The position numbers and the translations under genes were made by a program. Below are positions 51,820 through 61,709 of a stretch of 64,000 bases of DNA, piece after piece. The stretch's first letter is position 1; each line of letters opens with the position of its first letter. This DNA comes from an uncultured cyanobacterium (lineage in GTDB: Bacteria > Cyanobacteriota > Cyanobacteriia > Phormidesmidales > Phormidesmidaceae), in contig CAWBZI010000001.1 of assembly GCA_963793265.1 (NCBI GenBank), forward strand, positions 1,536,001-1,600,000. The letters run 5' to 3'. Below the pieces are notes generated by a model. It was not told the origin of the DNA. It worked only from the letters and a program-made list of their open reading frames with translations, and searched no databases.

Positions 51820-52509
51820 ATGGTTTCAACCCCAAATGCAGGCTCAGATGAAACCATTGGTCTGACAAACTCTTCGATTGGTAGAAAGCTGCTCACTGGC
51901 ATAACGGGCTTAGGCTTAGTCGCTTTTGTGATAGTGCACTTGCTCGGCAATCTGACGCTCTTTTTTAGCGCGAGCGCCTACAACCAGCTAGCGCACGTGA
52001 TTGAACGGTTGGGGCCGTTGACTTATTTAGTGGAAGCTTTGCTACTTGCGATCGCCCTGCTCCACATCACCATCGGCCTCAAAATCCACATCGGCAAGCG
52101 CCAGGCTCGCCCCGTAAACTACACCGAATACGAATCAGCAGGCGCACCAAGCCGTCAGACGCTCAGCTCTCGCACGATGGTCGTCTCAGGCGCGCTATTG
52201 GGTCTTTTTTTAGTTGTCCATTTAGCGACCTTCAAATTTGGCACTTACTATTTGCTACCCGGCTCTGGCGATCGCGATCTCTCACGGCTCGTCTTTGAAA
52301 CCTTTCATAAGCCTGGATACACCGCTGGCTATGTCGTCGTTTTGAGCCTGCTAGGGCTGCACCTGCGCCACGGCATTTGGAGCGCGTTGCAGTCATTGGG
52401 CATAGACACTAAGCCTGGCGTATATGGTGCAAGTGCGGTGATTGGTAGTGCGATCGCCCTTGGATTCATCGGCCTACCCCTCTCTATCTATTTCGGCCTT
52501 ATCGGCTAA
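51820..52509 (+). CDS. sdhC: Succinate dehydrogenase cytochrome b subunit
   Basis: SSIGRKLLTGITGL, HLLGNL, HI, HL..FKFG and HLRHGIWSALQSLG; five TM helices with heme-ligand His residues. Confidence 0.9.
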   Translation: MVSTPNAGSDETIGLTNSSIGRKLLTGITGLGLVAFVIVHLLGNLTLFFSASAYNQLAHVIERLGPLTYLVEALLLAIALLHITIGLKIHIGKRQARPVNYTEYESAGAPSRQTLSSRTMVVSGALLGLFLVVHLATFKFGTYYLLPGSGDRDLSRLVFETFHKPGYTAGYVVVLSLLGLHLRHGIWSALQSLGIDTKPGVYGASAVIGSAIALGFIGLPLSIYFGLIG

Positions 52510-52515
52510 ACAGCT

Positions 52516-54429
52516 ATGCAACTAAACGCTCGTATCCCCGATGGCCCGCTGCCCGAAAAATGGGCGCACTTCAAAGACCGCTGCAAGCTAGTAAATCCTG
52601 GCAACAAACCCAAGCACACCGTTATTGTGGTCGGCACTGGCCTTGCAGGCGCATCAGCAGCAGCGACCCTAGCAGAGCAGGGCTACCGGGTAAAGAGCTT
52701 TTGCATTCAAGACTCGCCACGTCGGGCGCACAGCATTGCAGCTCAAGGCGGCATTAATGCGGCTAAAAACTATCCGAATGATGGCGATAGCGTGTGGCGG
52801 CTGTTTTACGACACGATCAAAGGCGGCGACTATCGCTCGCGTGAGGCGAACGTTTACCGACTTGCACAAATCAGCAACCAAATTATCGATCAGTGCGTTG
52901 CTCAAGGCGTTCCTTTTGCCCGCGAATACAGCGGACTCTTGGCCAACAGATCCTTCGGCGGCGCGCAGGTTTCTCGCACCTTTTACGCACGCGGTCAAAC
53001 CGGACAGCAGCTTTTACTAGGTGCTTACGGCGCGATGATGCGGCAGGTAGCAGCAGGCCAAATTGAGCTATTCCCTCGGCGGGAAATGCTGGATCTGGTT
53101 GTCGTTGATGGCCGTGCCAGAGGCATCGTGGTGCGCAATCTTTTGACTGGCGAGTTTGAACGCTATGTCGGGGATACGGTCGTACTGGCAACGGGCGGCT
53201 ACAGCAACGTGTACTACCTTTCGACCAATGGCAAAAACTCTAACGTCACTGCCGCCTGGCGAGCCCATAAGCGCGGCGCACTGTTTGCGAATCCCTGCTT
53301 TACGCAAATTCACCCCACCTGCATTCCAGTGGCCAGTGAGTTTCAGTCGAAGCTGACGCTGATGAGTGAGAGCTTGCGGAATGATGGACGGGTGTGGGTG
53401 CCTAAGCAGGCAGGTGATGAGCGGCTGCCAGAGGATATTCCTGAGAGCGATCGCGACTACTACTTAGAGACGCGCTATCCCACATTTGGTAACTTAGTGC
53501 CGCGCGATGTGGCCTCGCGAAATGCCAAGCAGGTCATTGATGAAGGCCGGGGCGTCGGGGCTACAGGACTGGCGGTGTATCTGGATTTTCGCGATGCGAT
53601 CGCCACTCAAGGCCAAGCTGCCATCGAAACGCGCTACGGCAACCTCTTTGAAATGTATCAGCGCATTACAGGCGAAGATCCTTACGCGGTGCCGATGCGA
53701 ATTTATCCGGCTGTGCACTACACCATGGGCGGGCTGTGGGTGGACTATCACCTGATGAGCACGGTGCCCGGCTTGTTTGTGCTAGGCGAAGCAAACTTTT
53801 CGGATCACGGAGCCAATCGACTCGGGGCAAGTGCGCTGATGCAAGGACTTTCTGACGGCTACTTCGTGATTCCATATACGCTGGGCAACTATCTGGCGAC
53901 GACACCTTTGGATCAGGTGAGTACTGACGATGATGCCTTTGGTGAAGCTGAAGCCTCAGCGCGGGCAAGGACGCTGAAACTGCTGAGCATTAAGGGCGAT
54001 AAAACGATGTTGGACTTTCATCGTGAGCTGGGGCAGTTGGTTTGGAATGGGGTGGGGATTAATCGCGATCGCAATACTTTGAAAGCGACGATAGACGGGG
54101 TGCGATCGCTCCGCAGTGAATTTTGGCAAAACCTCCGCGTACCGGGCGAAGCCAACACCCTCAACAAAAACTTAGAGTTCGCAGGTCGCGTAGCCGACTT
54201 CATGGAGCTTGGCGAAGTCATGGCTCGCGATGCTTTAGCACGTGAAGAATCATGCGGCTGTCACTTCCGCGAAGAATTCCAAACGCCCGGCGGTGAAGCT
54301 AACCGCCGGGACGAACAGTTTTCGACCGCTGCCGCCTGGAAATATGAGGGCGACGAACAGCCTGCGACCCTCATTAGTGAAACGCTCACCTTTGAAAACG
54401 TCAAACTCACCCAACGTTCCTATCAATAG
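52516..54429 (+). CDS. sdhA: Succinate dehydrogenase/fumarate reductase flavoprotein subunit
   Basis: [37 protein letters not shown] and ESCGCHFR. Confidence 0.95.
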   Translation: MQLNARIPDGPLPEKWAHFKDRCKLVNPGNKPKHTVIVVGTGLAGASAAATLAEQGYRVKSFCIQDSPRRAHSIAAQGGINAAKNYPNDGDSVWRLFYDTIKGGDYRSREANVYRLAQISNQIIDQCVAQGVPFAREYSGLLANRSFGGAQVSRTFYARGQTGQQLLLGAYGAMMRQVAAGQIELFPRREMLDLVVVDGRARGIVVRNLLTGEFERYVGDTVVLATGGYSNVYYLSTNGKNSNVTAAWRAHKRGALFANPCFTQIHPTCIPVASEFQSKLTLMSESLRNDGRVWVPKQAGDERLPEDIPESDRDYYLETRYPTFGNLVPRDVASRNAKQVIDEGRGVGATGLAVYLDFRDAIATQGQAAIETRYGNLFEMYQRITGEDPYAVPMRIYPAVHYTMGGLWVDYHLMSTVPGLFVLGEANFSDHGANRLGASALMQGLSDGYFVIPYTLGNYLATTPLDQVSTDDDAFGEAEASARARTLKLLSIKGDKTMLDFHRELGQLVWNGVGINRDRNTLKATIDGVRSLRSEFWQNLRVPGEANTLNKNLEFAGRVADFMELGEVMARDALAREESCGCHFREEFQTPGGEANRRDEQFSTAAAWKYEGDEQPATLISETLTFENVKLTQRSYQ

Positions 54430-54434
54430 CTGCT

Positions 54435-55181
54435 ATGAAAATCAACTTAAAGGTGTGGCGTCAAAACAGTCCTCAATCAACAGGTGACTTTGCTAACTAC
54501 ACCGTAGAAAACGTCCAACCCGATCTCTCTTTTCTAGAAGTCCTCGACATCCTCAACGAGCAGCTCATCGCAGAAGGGGGCCTACCCGTAGAGTTTGACC
54601 ACGACTGTCGCGAAGGCATCTGTGGCTCCTGCGGCATGATGATCAACGGCCAGGCCCACGGCTCACAGCAGCGCACGGCAGTTTGCCAGCTATATATGCG
54701 TCACTTTCAAGACGGTGACACAGTAACCCTGGAGCCCTGGCGAGCAAAGGCGTTTCCAGTTATTAAAGATTTAGTCGTAGACAGAACTGCCCTAGATCGC
54801 ATCTCAGCAGCAGGCGGCTATATCTCTGTGAAAACAGGTGCCGCACCCGATGCGAACGCGGTTTTAGTGGATAAGCCAAATGCCGACAAAGCTTTTGACT
54901 ACGCAACTTGTATCGGCTGTGGCGCTTGCGTAGCCGCCTGCCCTAACGCCTCAGCCTCTCTATTTACAGCCGCCAAACTCTCTCATCTGGCGCTGCTCGA
55001 GCAAGGCAAACCAGAGCGCAAACAGCGCGTTGTGAAAATGACCACGCAGATGACAGCAGAGGGCTTTGGCGACTGCTCAAACCATGGCGAGTGCCAGTCG
55101 GTGTGCCCAAAAGGCATCTCTATTGAGGCGATTTCTCAAATGCGTCGGGAGTACATCCGCGCTAAGATACCCTTCTTCTAA
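54435..55181 (+). CDS. sdhB: Succinate dehydrogenase/fumarate reductase iron-sulfur subunit
   Basis: CREGICGSC, CIGCGACVAACP and CSNHGECQSVCP. Confidence 0.95.
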   Translation: MKINLKVWRQNSPQSTGDFANYTVENVQPDLSFLEVLDILNEQLIAEGGLPVEFDHDCREGICGSCGMMINGQAHGSQQRTAVCQLYMRHFQDGDTVTLEPWRAKAFPVIKDLVVDRTALDRISAAGGYISVKTGAAPDANAVLVDKPNADKAFDYATCIGCGACVAACPNASASLFTAAKLSHLALLEQGKPERKQRVVKMTTQMTAEGFGDCSNHGECQSVCPKGISIEAISQMRREYIRAKIPFF

Positions 55182-55220
55182 CGACATTTTTAGACATTCT
55201 TTAAAGGGCATTCGCAAACG

Positions 55221-56222
55221 ATGGCAACCGTGGAGTCGCAAACCAAAGCACAGGTCAAAGAAATCTATACGGACGGTGCCTGCTCGGGAAACCCAGGGCC
55301 GGGCGGCTGGGGTACCAGGGTCGAGTTTGCAGACGGGCAGGTGCACGAGCTAGGCGGTCGGGACAAGGCAACGACGAATAATCGGATGGAAATGCAGGCA
55401 GCGATCGCAGCTCTAGCCTTCCTGAACGAAACCAAACCAGACAGCGGCCCCGTTATCCTGCACACCGACAGCGAATACCTCAAAAACGGCATCACCAAAT
55501 GGATCAAAGGCTGGAAGCGAAAGGGGTGGAAAACCTCAGCCGGTAAGCCCGTACTCAACAAAGACCTGTGGCAGCAGCTCGATGAGCTTACACAGTCGCT
55601 TAGCGGGGAAGCGCTCACAATCGACTGGCGCTACGTACGCGGCCACGCAGGCAACCCTGGTAACGAGCGCTGCGACGAAATCGCCAGAGCCTTCTCCCAC
55701 AGCAGTCCTATTAACCTGAGTCAGTACAAAGCGGCAAGCAAAGCATCTAAAAGCGAAGCGTCCGTGAGTAAATCATCAAAAGAACAGCCCTCAGAAATCA
55801 ATTCAAACGCTGAAACGGTTGATACAGAAGTCGATCATAGAGATAGCTCACTAGATATCCCAGAAATAAATATTGGCACTACTGAAGAACCATTTCCAAG
55901 ACCAGCGCTAAAATCCTACGAAACAGACCCGCATCAAGGACAGCAGCCCGACATGGTAACTTCAGCAGAGAAACAGGGAAATGCCATCGGGATCAGTAGA
56001 ATAGAGCGTCTTACCAACACACTTAAAACCCTACAGGTCACGGATGAACTAGCCCAGCAGGGCTACCTGATTACGAGCGCAGAGCTAGCCGATCTCATGG
56101 ACGTAAACGCAAGCGCTGTAACGAGTAGAGGCGATTATTGGGCCTGGCGAAACTGGACAGTCTCACGCATTCGCCGTGAGGGCAATCAGATCCTCTGGCA
56201 GCTAGAGCGTATTGACGAGTAG
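55221..56222 (+). CDS. rnhA: Ribonuclease HI with C-terminal extension
   Basis: YTDGACSGNPGPGGWG, TTNNRME, TDSEY and GHAG.PGNERCD. Confidence 0.93.
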   Translation: MATVESQTKAQVKEIYTDGACSGNPGPGGWGTRVEFADGQVHELGGRDKATTNNRMEMQAAIAALAFLNETKPDSGPVILHTDSEYLKNGITKWIKGWKRKGWKTSAGKPVLNKDLWQQLDELTQSLSGEALTIDWRYVRGHAGNPGNERCDEIARAFSHSSPINLSQYKAASKASKSEASVSKSSKEQPSEINSNAETVDTEVDHRDSSLDIPEINIGTTEEPFPRPALKSYETDPHQGQQPDMVTSAEKQGNAIGISRIERLTNTLKTLQVTDELAQQGYLITSAELADLMDVNASAVTSRGDYWAWRNWTVSRIRREGNQILWQLERIDE

Positions 56223-56283
56223 GGCTAGATTTCCAAGCCTACTTCTACAGCCTGCCTTAAAGAATCTGAGTATCATTTAGCAC

Positions 56284-56631
<348 letters not shown>

Positions 56632-56721
56632 TCATCAGGGATAGGCATAGGAAGTATCTTATCTGCCTAATGCCTCTATGCACTAACGCCCCTATACAAA
56701 AGAGCAGGCAAAACCACGCCT

Positions 56722-57093
56722 TTAAAAGTCCGTACTTAAAACCACGCCCGTACGCCCCACAACGCGGCCCATGCCGACAGAAATCGGCAAACTACCACCG
56801 CTCATATCAAAACTGCCAGATTCATCTATCAGATCTCTAACCAGCGGAATATCCTTTAGCTGCAAGCCCACTGGCTCATTCAACCGCGCCTGCTCGGCAG
56901 CTATTTGGGTATTCATATTGTCAGCAACGCGGTCTAACGCAACAGATTGACTAGGCGTCTCGATACTGCGTGTTTGTAAAGGCAGCAGCGACTCTACAGG
57001 GCGAGCGTGAACAGCCTCGACTTCTACAAAGAGCTGAGTGGCACACAGTACAGAAACGCCCGTTACGAGGCGAGACATAAAAGTATTCAACAT
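56722..57093 (-). CDS. Hypothetical exported protein
   Basis: Signal-like N-terminus (AVHA) and a C-terminal Phe. Confidence 0.55.
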   Translation of the reverse strand: MLNTFMSRLVTGVSVLCATQLFVEVEAVHARPVESLLPLQTRSIETPSQSVALDRVADNMNTQIAAEQARLNEPVGLQLKDIPLVRDLIDESGSFDMSGGSLPISVGMGRVVGRTGVVLSTDF

Positions 57094-57256
57094 CGTTGAT
57101 CGCTATGAATGAATAATAGAAGCTCAGCCTAGCGACTATCTGGCTGCATAGAGAAGGCGATATCCGCTGGATACATAGTCGCTGGCAGTCGCCAGAACCG
57201 CTGATTTACGTAGAGCTTCCGTAACAAATGTAAATACTTCAGCAAGGCGCATGTTT

Positions 57257-57754
57257 TTACTGACTAGCAGTAGAGGGACTTTGCGGTCTAACACTGACGC
57301 CCGGTAGGTTATCAGGATCTCCGTCTGGTGCAATTACTTCCGGTAAAACGACTTCGCTAGGCGAAAAGCTCACCTGAGAATGCAGCCATTCTGTAATCAA
57401 GTGCGGGCAGTTCTTTTTGCTCCAGCGCAGCATGAAATATCTAAAAATAGGCTTTGAGCGCCGAGCAATCACCTTCATGAATCGGTTGAGCGGCTTTGAT
57501 TGAATGCGCTGGTTGAGCAAGTTGACAGAGCCTACGTCGTAGAGGCAGTCGGCAATGAGCCGCATCGTGACTTCTTCGCGCAAAAACATGCTCTCTAGCA
57601 GCATTTCGACGTCTCGCATTCGCGCCTCTTCTTTTTGCCGCTCGCGCCAGGTAATAGCGTCTCTGGAAGATTGCGATCGCCTTAACATAGTCAATTTAGG
57701 GAGAAAGTTCGTAAGAAAGTGCGGTAAGCGGAAAACGAATCTGCTTCGCGACAC
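57257..57754 (-). CDS. Conserved cyanobacterial hypothetical protein
   Basis: REEVT..LIADCLYDVGSVNLLNQ..W.KKNCP.LI.EWL..QV.F. The start may be downstream. Confidence 0.75.
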   Translation of the reverse strand: MSRSRFVFRLPHFLTNFLPKLTMLRRSQSSRDAITWRERQKEEARMRDVEMLLESMFLREEVTMRLIADCLYDVGSVNLLNQRIQSKPLNRFMKVIARRSKPIFRYFMLRWSKKNCPHLITEWLHSQVSFSPSEVVLPEVIAPDGDPDNLPGVSVRPQSPSTASQ

Positions 57755-57902
57755 AAAGGATTCACCAAAAGTTTACGAGAATTATCCTGTAAAAAAAATC
57801 TATCTTGCTAAATATTAGCAGTGGTGCCGATGAGCTACGGAGCTTGCAATTCCCTATAAGGAATTATCTACCAGCAAAACGATGTTTTGGTAGGTCAAAA
57901 GG

Positions 57903-58094
57903 ATGAGGAAAAATTTTGAATTAGTCAGCGAACTTGATCAGGTTGCTCGGCTTGAGTCAGAGGCTAAAGAACTCAGAAGAAAAGCCAGTGAGAAGAGAGC
58001 ACAAGCTGACGAAAACCTTCGGCATTGCCTAGAGCGTTTAAGCCAGCATATAGCCAGCAATAAAACTAAAAGCAGCGACAAAGTTAAGTCCTGA
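57903..58094 (+). CDS. Small coiled-coil protein A
   Basis: 63 aa with a heptad pattern; similar to the protein at 58211. Confidence 0.6.
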   Translation: MRKNFELVSELDQVARLESEAKELRRKASEKRAQADENLRHCLERLSQHIASNKTKSSDKVKS

Positions 58095-58210
58095 AAGTGT
58101 GGAGTATAGCTGCTGCTTACTAAATCGGCTTTTTATATCGAAAAACTATATCTACTTATGGCCATCTCTCACCTGTGAGACTGCTTCCCAAGTATCCGAG
58201 AAACTAAGCA

Positions 58211-58462
58211 ATGACAAATATAAATAATGACTTAGGTAACATTTGGAATCTAAGATCAGACGCTGATGCTTTAACAGCAGAAGCGGCTCAAAAGAAAGAG
58301 CGTGCCGATAGCGAGCTAAAGGAAAAACTAGAAGAGTTAAAGGAACTGATTCAAGATTATCAGGAAGGGAAACAGGTATGCCCTGAGATCAGACAACTCA
58401 TGCGAACATATCCTTTACTTCAGGAGTATCACCCTGACTATTGGAAATTATGCGCGCTTTGA
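58211..58462 (+). CDS. Small coiled-coil protein B
   Basis: 83 aa; 14/44 ungapped identities to protein A. Confidence 0.65.
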   Translation: MTNINNDLGNIWNLRSDADALTAEAAQKKERADSELKEKLEELKELIQDYQEGKQVCPEIRQLMRTYPLLQEYHPDYWKLCAL

Positions 58463-58471
58463 AATCAGACT

Positions 58472-60250
58472 TCAGTCTGATTCTTGAAGCTGACAAATAG
58501 ATAGCCTTATAAATTCGTAGAGTATGCCCTCTTTAGAGAGAGCGTTAGATGAACGGCCAAGTATGTTAGGAATCGTCGTTTCTGACATCGCTTTTAAGAC
58601 TTCTACGTAACTTAAAGCAGGTAGATCTAAAGCCAACTCTTCGTAGCAGGGCTTTTGGAATTGGCAGAGACAATCAGCTAAATGAGACAACAAAGTGTCC
58701 ATATCGGACTCAAGATGACGTGAAGCTGTGGAAGGATCGCTAATTTCACCGCCTGAACAATTTATCCAATATTGCTCAAGTGCTTGAGTTCTAACAGTTT
58801 CTCTGTTCTTCTTAAGCCAATCTCCAGCCTCACAAGCGCAACGCTTACTGAGTTCTAACTGCTGATTCTTCGCGTGTGCCTGTCGTTCGAGTTCATCAGC
58901 TTCTCTATATGCTTGATCTCGAGCTTTGACCTTATCCTCAATATCCAGGAGCAGATCTCTTGCAGTATTATCAATGTCTTTGTTTTCTAGAGACAACTTT
59001 TCTACGGCACCGACTACTTCATTAATAAGAGGGTGACTAGGCGAAGATGAGAGCAAATCGCTATCTAGGAGTCGAATAAGTTCCGTGATTTTCTGACGAA
59101 TTTCAGTTATTTCTTGTTTTCTTTTAGCTTCTTCTGTTGTCAGTAACGTGTGTACAATACCAAGGAGCTTAAGTTCGGGAGAATCTACAGTTTTTGTGGC
59201 GCTAGTCGTTTCAGCGTAGTCATCTACTATCAAGTTTAGGACACGATGCTTTTGGCAAAAGTCCACATCATATTTTGCCTGCCGCCAGCTCTCTGCCCTA
59301 GATAATTGAAGCTGCTCAATAGTTATCTGGGCTCTACTAAGGTGTGCACCCTCTAAATCAGCATCTTTCAGGCAAGCTCCCCGTAAGTTTGCCCCTTGCA
59401 AAAAAGCCCCCCGTAAGTCTGCCCCTTGCAAATCTGCTTTCGGCAGGATAGCTCTTTGTAAATTTGCCCGTCCGAGCTTTGCATTTCTCAAGTTGGTCAG
59501 TCTTTCTGCCGGTTTTCTATCAAAGCGAGTATCCCTTCCTTCTATATCATCTGGCTCGCTCGTGTCTAGATTGGCCTCTTCTAAGTCAGCGCCCCAAAGA
59601 TTTGAACCTTCAAGGTTTGCGCCACGCAGATTAGCTTGCTGAAGCTGAGCTATATACAAATTGGCTTTGTACAAATTCGCGCCCTGAAGAAGTGCGCATT
59701 TTAAGCTTGAGCGAGCTAAGTCTGCCTTTCTTAAATCTATCTCAATTAGATCTGCCCCGTCGGCGTCCAAGCCCCGAAGCGACCCTCCAGCCTGGTTGAT
59801 CTCTTCGAGCGCTTGAATTCTCGCACCGCTGGTTTCCGTACCGCGCGCGCCGTCAATTAATTGCCAAGCGACTCTCTCTGAGTGCTTTCGTCGATCCCGC
59901 GTATCTAAAATAAATATAGATAACGCTAAAAGAATACTAAAGTTCTGAACTTGACCTAACAGTTTTGAATGAGCTGATTTACATACAAAGAAATCCCAAG
60001 AGAAAGCAGGGCTCTTGCAGGTGAGGTTGCTGTCAGGCTCAAAAATTGCTGTTACGGCATAGATAGATAGAGTTAGTCCGAGCGCAGGTAATGTTAGAGC
60101 AATAAATTTTCTAACAGCCGGAATATCCTTCTTCATCCAGCAAAGCGGAGATCGCTTGACCCAGCGGAAAGCCTCTTTTGTGACTGAATAGATGGTAGGG
60201 GTTCGCTTCTTTATGTCCTCAGAAGTCCTAGTCATATCGATCCTAGTCAC
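58472..60250 (-). CDS. Membrane-anchored pentapeptide repeat protein with coiled coil and helical C-terminal domain
   Basis: Two hydrophobic segments, AWQLIDGA..ETSGARIQALE and many A(N/D)LxG repeats. The start may be the ATG at 60235. Confidence 0.8.
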   Translation of the reverse strand: MTRIDMTRTSEDIKKRTPTIYSVTKEAFRWVKRSPLCWMKKDIPAVRKFIALTLPALGLTLSIYAVTAIFEPDSNLTCKSPAFSWDFFVCKSAHSKLLGQVQNFSILLALSIFILDTRDRRKHSERVAWQLIDGARGTETSGARIQALEEINQAGGSLRGLDADGADLIEIDLRKADLARSSLKCALLQGANLYKANLYIAQLQQANLRGANLEGSNLWGADLEEANLDTSEPDDIEGRDTRFDRKPAERLTNLRNAKLGRANLQRAILPKADLQGADLRGAFLQGANLRGACLKDADLEGAHLSRAQITIEQLQLSRAESWRQAKYDVDFCQKHRVLNLIVDDYAETTSATKTVDSPELKLLGIVHTLLTTEEAKRKQEITEIRQKITELIRLLDSDLLSSSPSHPLINEVVGAVEKLSLENKDIDNTARDLLLDIEDKVKARDQAYREADELERQAHAKNQQLELSKRCACEAGDWLKKNRETVRTQALEQYWINCSGGEISDPSTASRHLESDMDTLLSHLADCLCQFQKPCYEELALDLPALSYVEVLKAMSETTIPNILGRSSNALSKEGILYEFIRLSICQLQESD

Positions 60251-60301
60251 AGAAAAGTATTGCTTTAGGATTTCTAATTGCTAGCAAGTGATGGGCCTAG
60301 A

Positions 60302-60332
60302 GCCTAATCTTCTGTATATCAGAAGATTAGGC
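60302..60332. repeat. Perfect 13-bp inverted repeat GCCTAATCTTCTG-TATAT-CAGAAGATTAGGC
   Basis: Read directly, in the divergent intergenic region. Confidence 0.9.
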
Positions 60333-60698
60333 ATCTTACTTACCAGAGAAATACTGACTAAATAGTAAGGCAAATTCCTGTAGTTTTTTCAATTTTATAT
60401 TTCCAAGATGTTAAGGGAAGCCAAGACTTAAGGTAATTGAAATCGGTATCTTCAGCCTGATTATCTAAGTTCTAAGGAATTTCTCTTCTGTAATGTGGCC
60501 TGAAAGCCATTTGTACCAGCGATCTGGCATCATCTTAAGAAGGTTCAGCCCAAACCGATCCGAGTCCACAGCTTTTTATCTGCTCAATTGGGTAAGCAAA
60601 CGCATAGGCACCTGGGATATAGATTGAACCGCTTGACCTTTACCGCTAAGATCATGACCTAAGAGATCGACCTACAAACAAAAAAGCATTCTCACTAG

Positions 60699-61709
60699 AT
60701 GACAGCAAAATACACCAGTCTCGAACTATGTGCCGGTGCTGGCGGGCAAGCCTTGGGTCTTGAGCAGACAGGGTTTGAACACGTGGCTCTCGTAGAGAAC
60801 GATTTGCATCCATGCAATACTCTGAGGTCAAATCGGCCTAGTTGGCCAGTTATTGAGACTGATCTGAAAACTTTTGACGCAAAAGCTTACGAAGGGGTTG
60901 ACCTTGTGGCCGGAGGTGTTCCGTGTCAACCTTTCAGCGCCGGGGGAAAGCAACTTGGCCTTCATGATGAGCGTGACCTTTTTCCTTCTGCCATTCGCGT
61001 TATCGCTGAATGTAGACCGAGACTGATCCTTTTAGAAAACGTCCGAGGCTTAGCAGATAAGAAGTTTTCAAGCTACAGAAAATGGATAATAAGCGAACTG
61101 CACGACTTGGGATATCAGTGCGAATGGAAAGTAGTCAATGCTGTTGACTATGGTGTATGCCAAGCAAGGTTACGCTTCATCCTTGTCGGCTATCTGGGCA
61201 CGTCTTCCTTATTTCCATGGCCAGAACCAGTAAAGCAAACGACGACTGTTGGCGAAGCTTTGCAAGATCTGATGGGCGAAAACGGGTGGCAAGGTTTAGA
61301 TAAATGGGTCAAACAGGCTAATGGTGTAGCCCCTTGCCTCGTTGGCGGCAGTAAAAAACACGGCGGTGCCGATTTAGGGCCGCAACGTGCCAAAAGGGAC
61401 TGGCTACGCTTGGGTGTTGATGGGAAGGGGCTTGCGAACACCGCACCTTCAACCGACTTCCAGGGCTTACCAAGATTAACAAACCTAATGGCTGCAAGGT
61501 TGCAGGGATTTCCCGACGACTGGCATTTTGCAAGCAAGAAAACGGCTACCTACCGGCAGATAGGCAATGCTTTTCCCTCGCCAGTGGCTAGAGCGATAGG
61601 TGAATCGCTAATTAGCTGGCTAGAAACGGATGGTCAAGCAGGCAAGCATCGTATTGAGAAAGCCTATTCAGAGCAATCTGCTCTACAGCTAGAACTCGCC
61701 GTTGGATAG
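60699..61709 (+). CDS. DNA (cytosine-5)-methyltransferase, M.NaeI/M.NgoMIV-like
   Basis: LELCAGAGG, catalytic GGVPCQPFS, ENVRG, QARLR, RLQGFPD and YRQIGNAFP; variable region VGGSKKHGGADLGP.RAK..W..LGVDG. Confidence 0.95.
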   Translation: MTAKYTSLELCAGAGGQALGLEQTGFEHVALVENDLHPCNTLRSNRPSWPVIETDLKTFDAKAYEGVDLVAGGVPCQPFSAGGKQLGLHDERDLFPSAIRVIAECRPRLILLENVRGLADKKFSSYRKWIISELHDLGYQCEWKVVNAVDYGVCQARLRFILVGYLGTSSLFPWPEPVKQTTTVGEALQDLMGENGWQGLDKWVKQANGVAPCLVGGSKKHGGADLGPQRAKRDWLRLGVDGKGLANTAPSTDFQGLPRLTNLMAARLQGFPDDWHFASKKTATYRQIGNAFPSPVARAIGESLISWLETDGQAGKHRIEKAYSEQSALQLELAVG

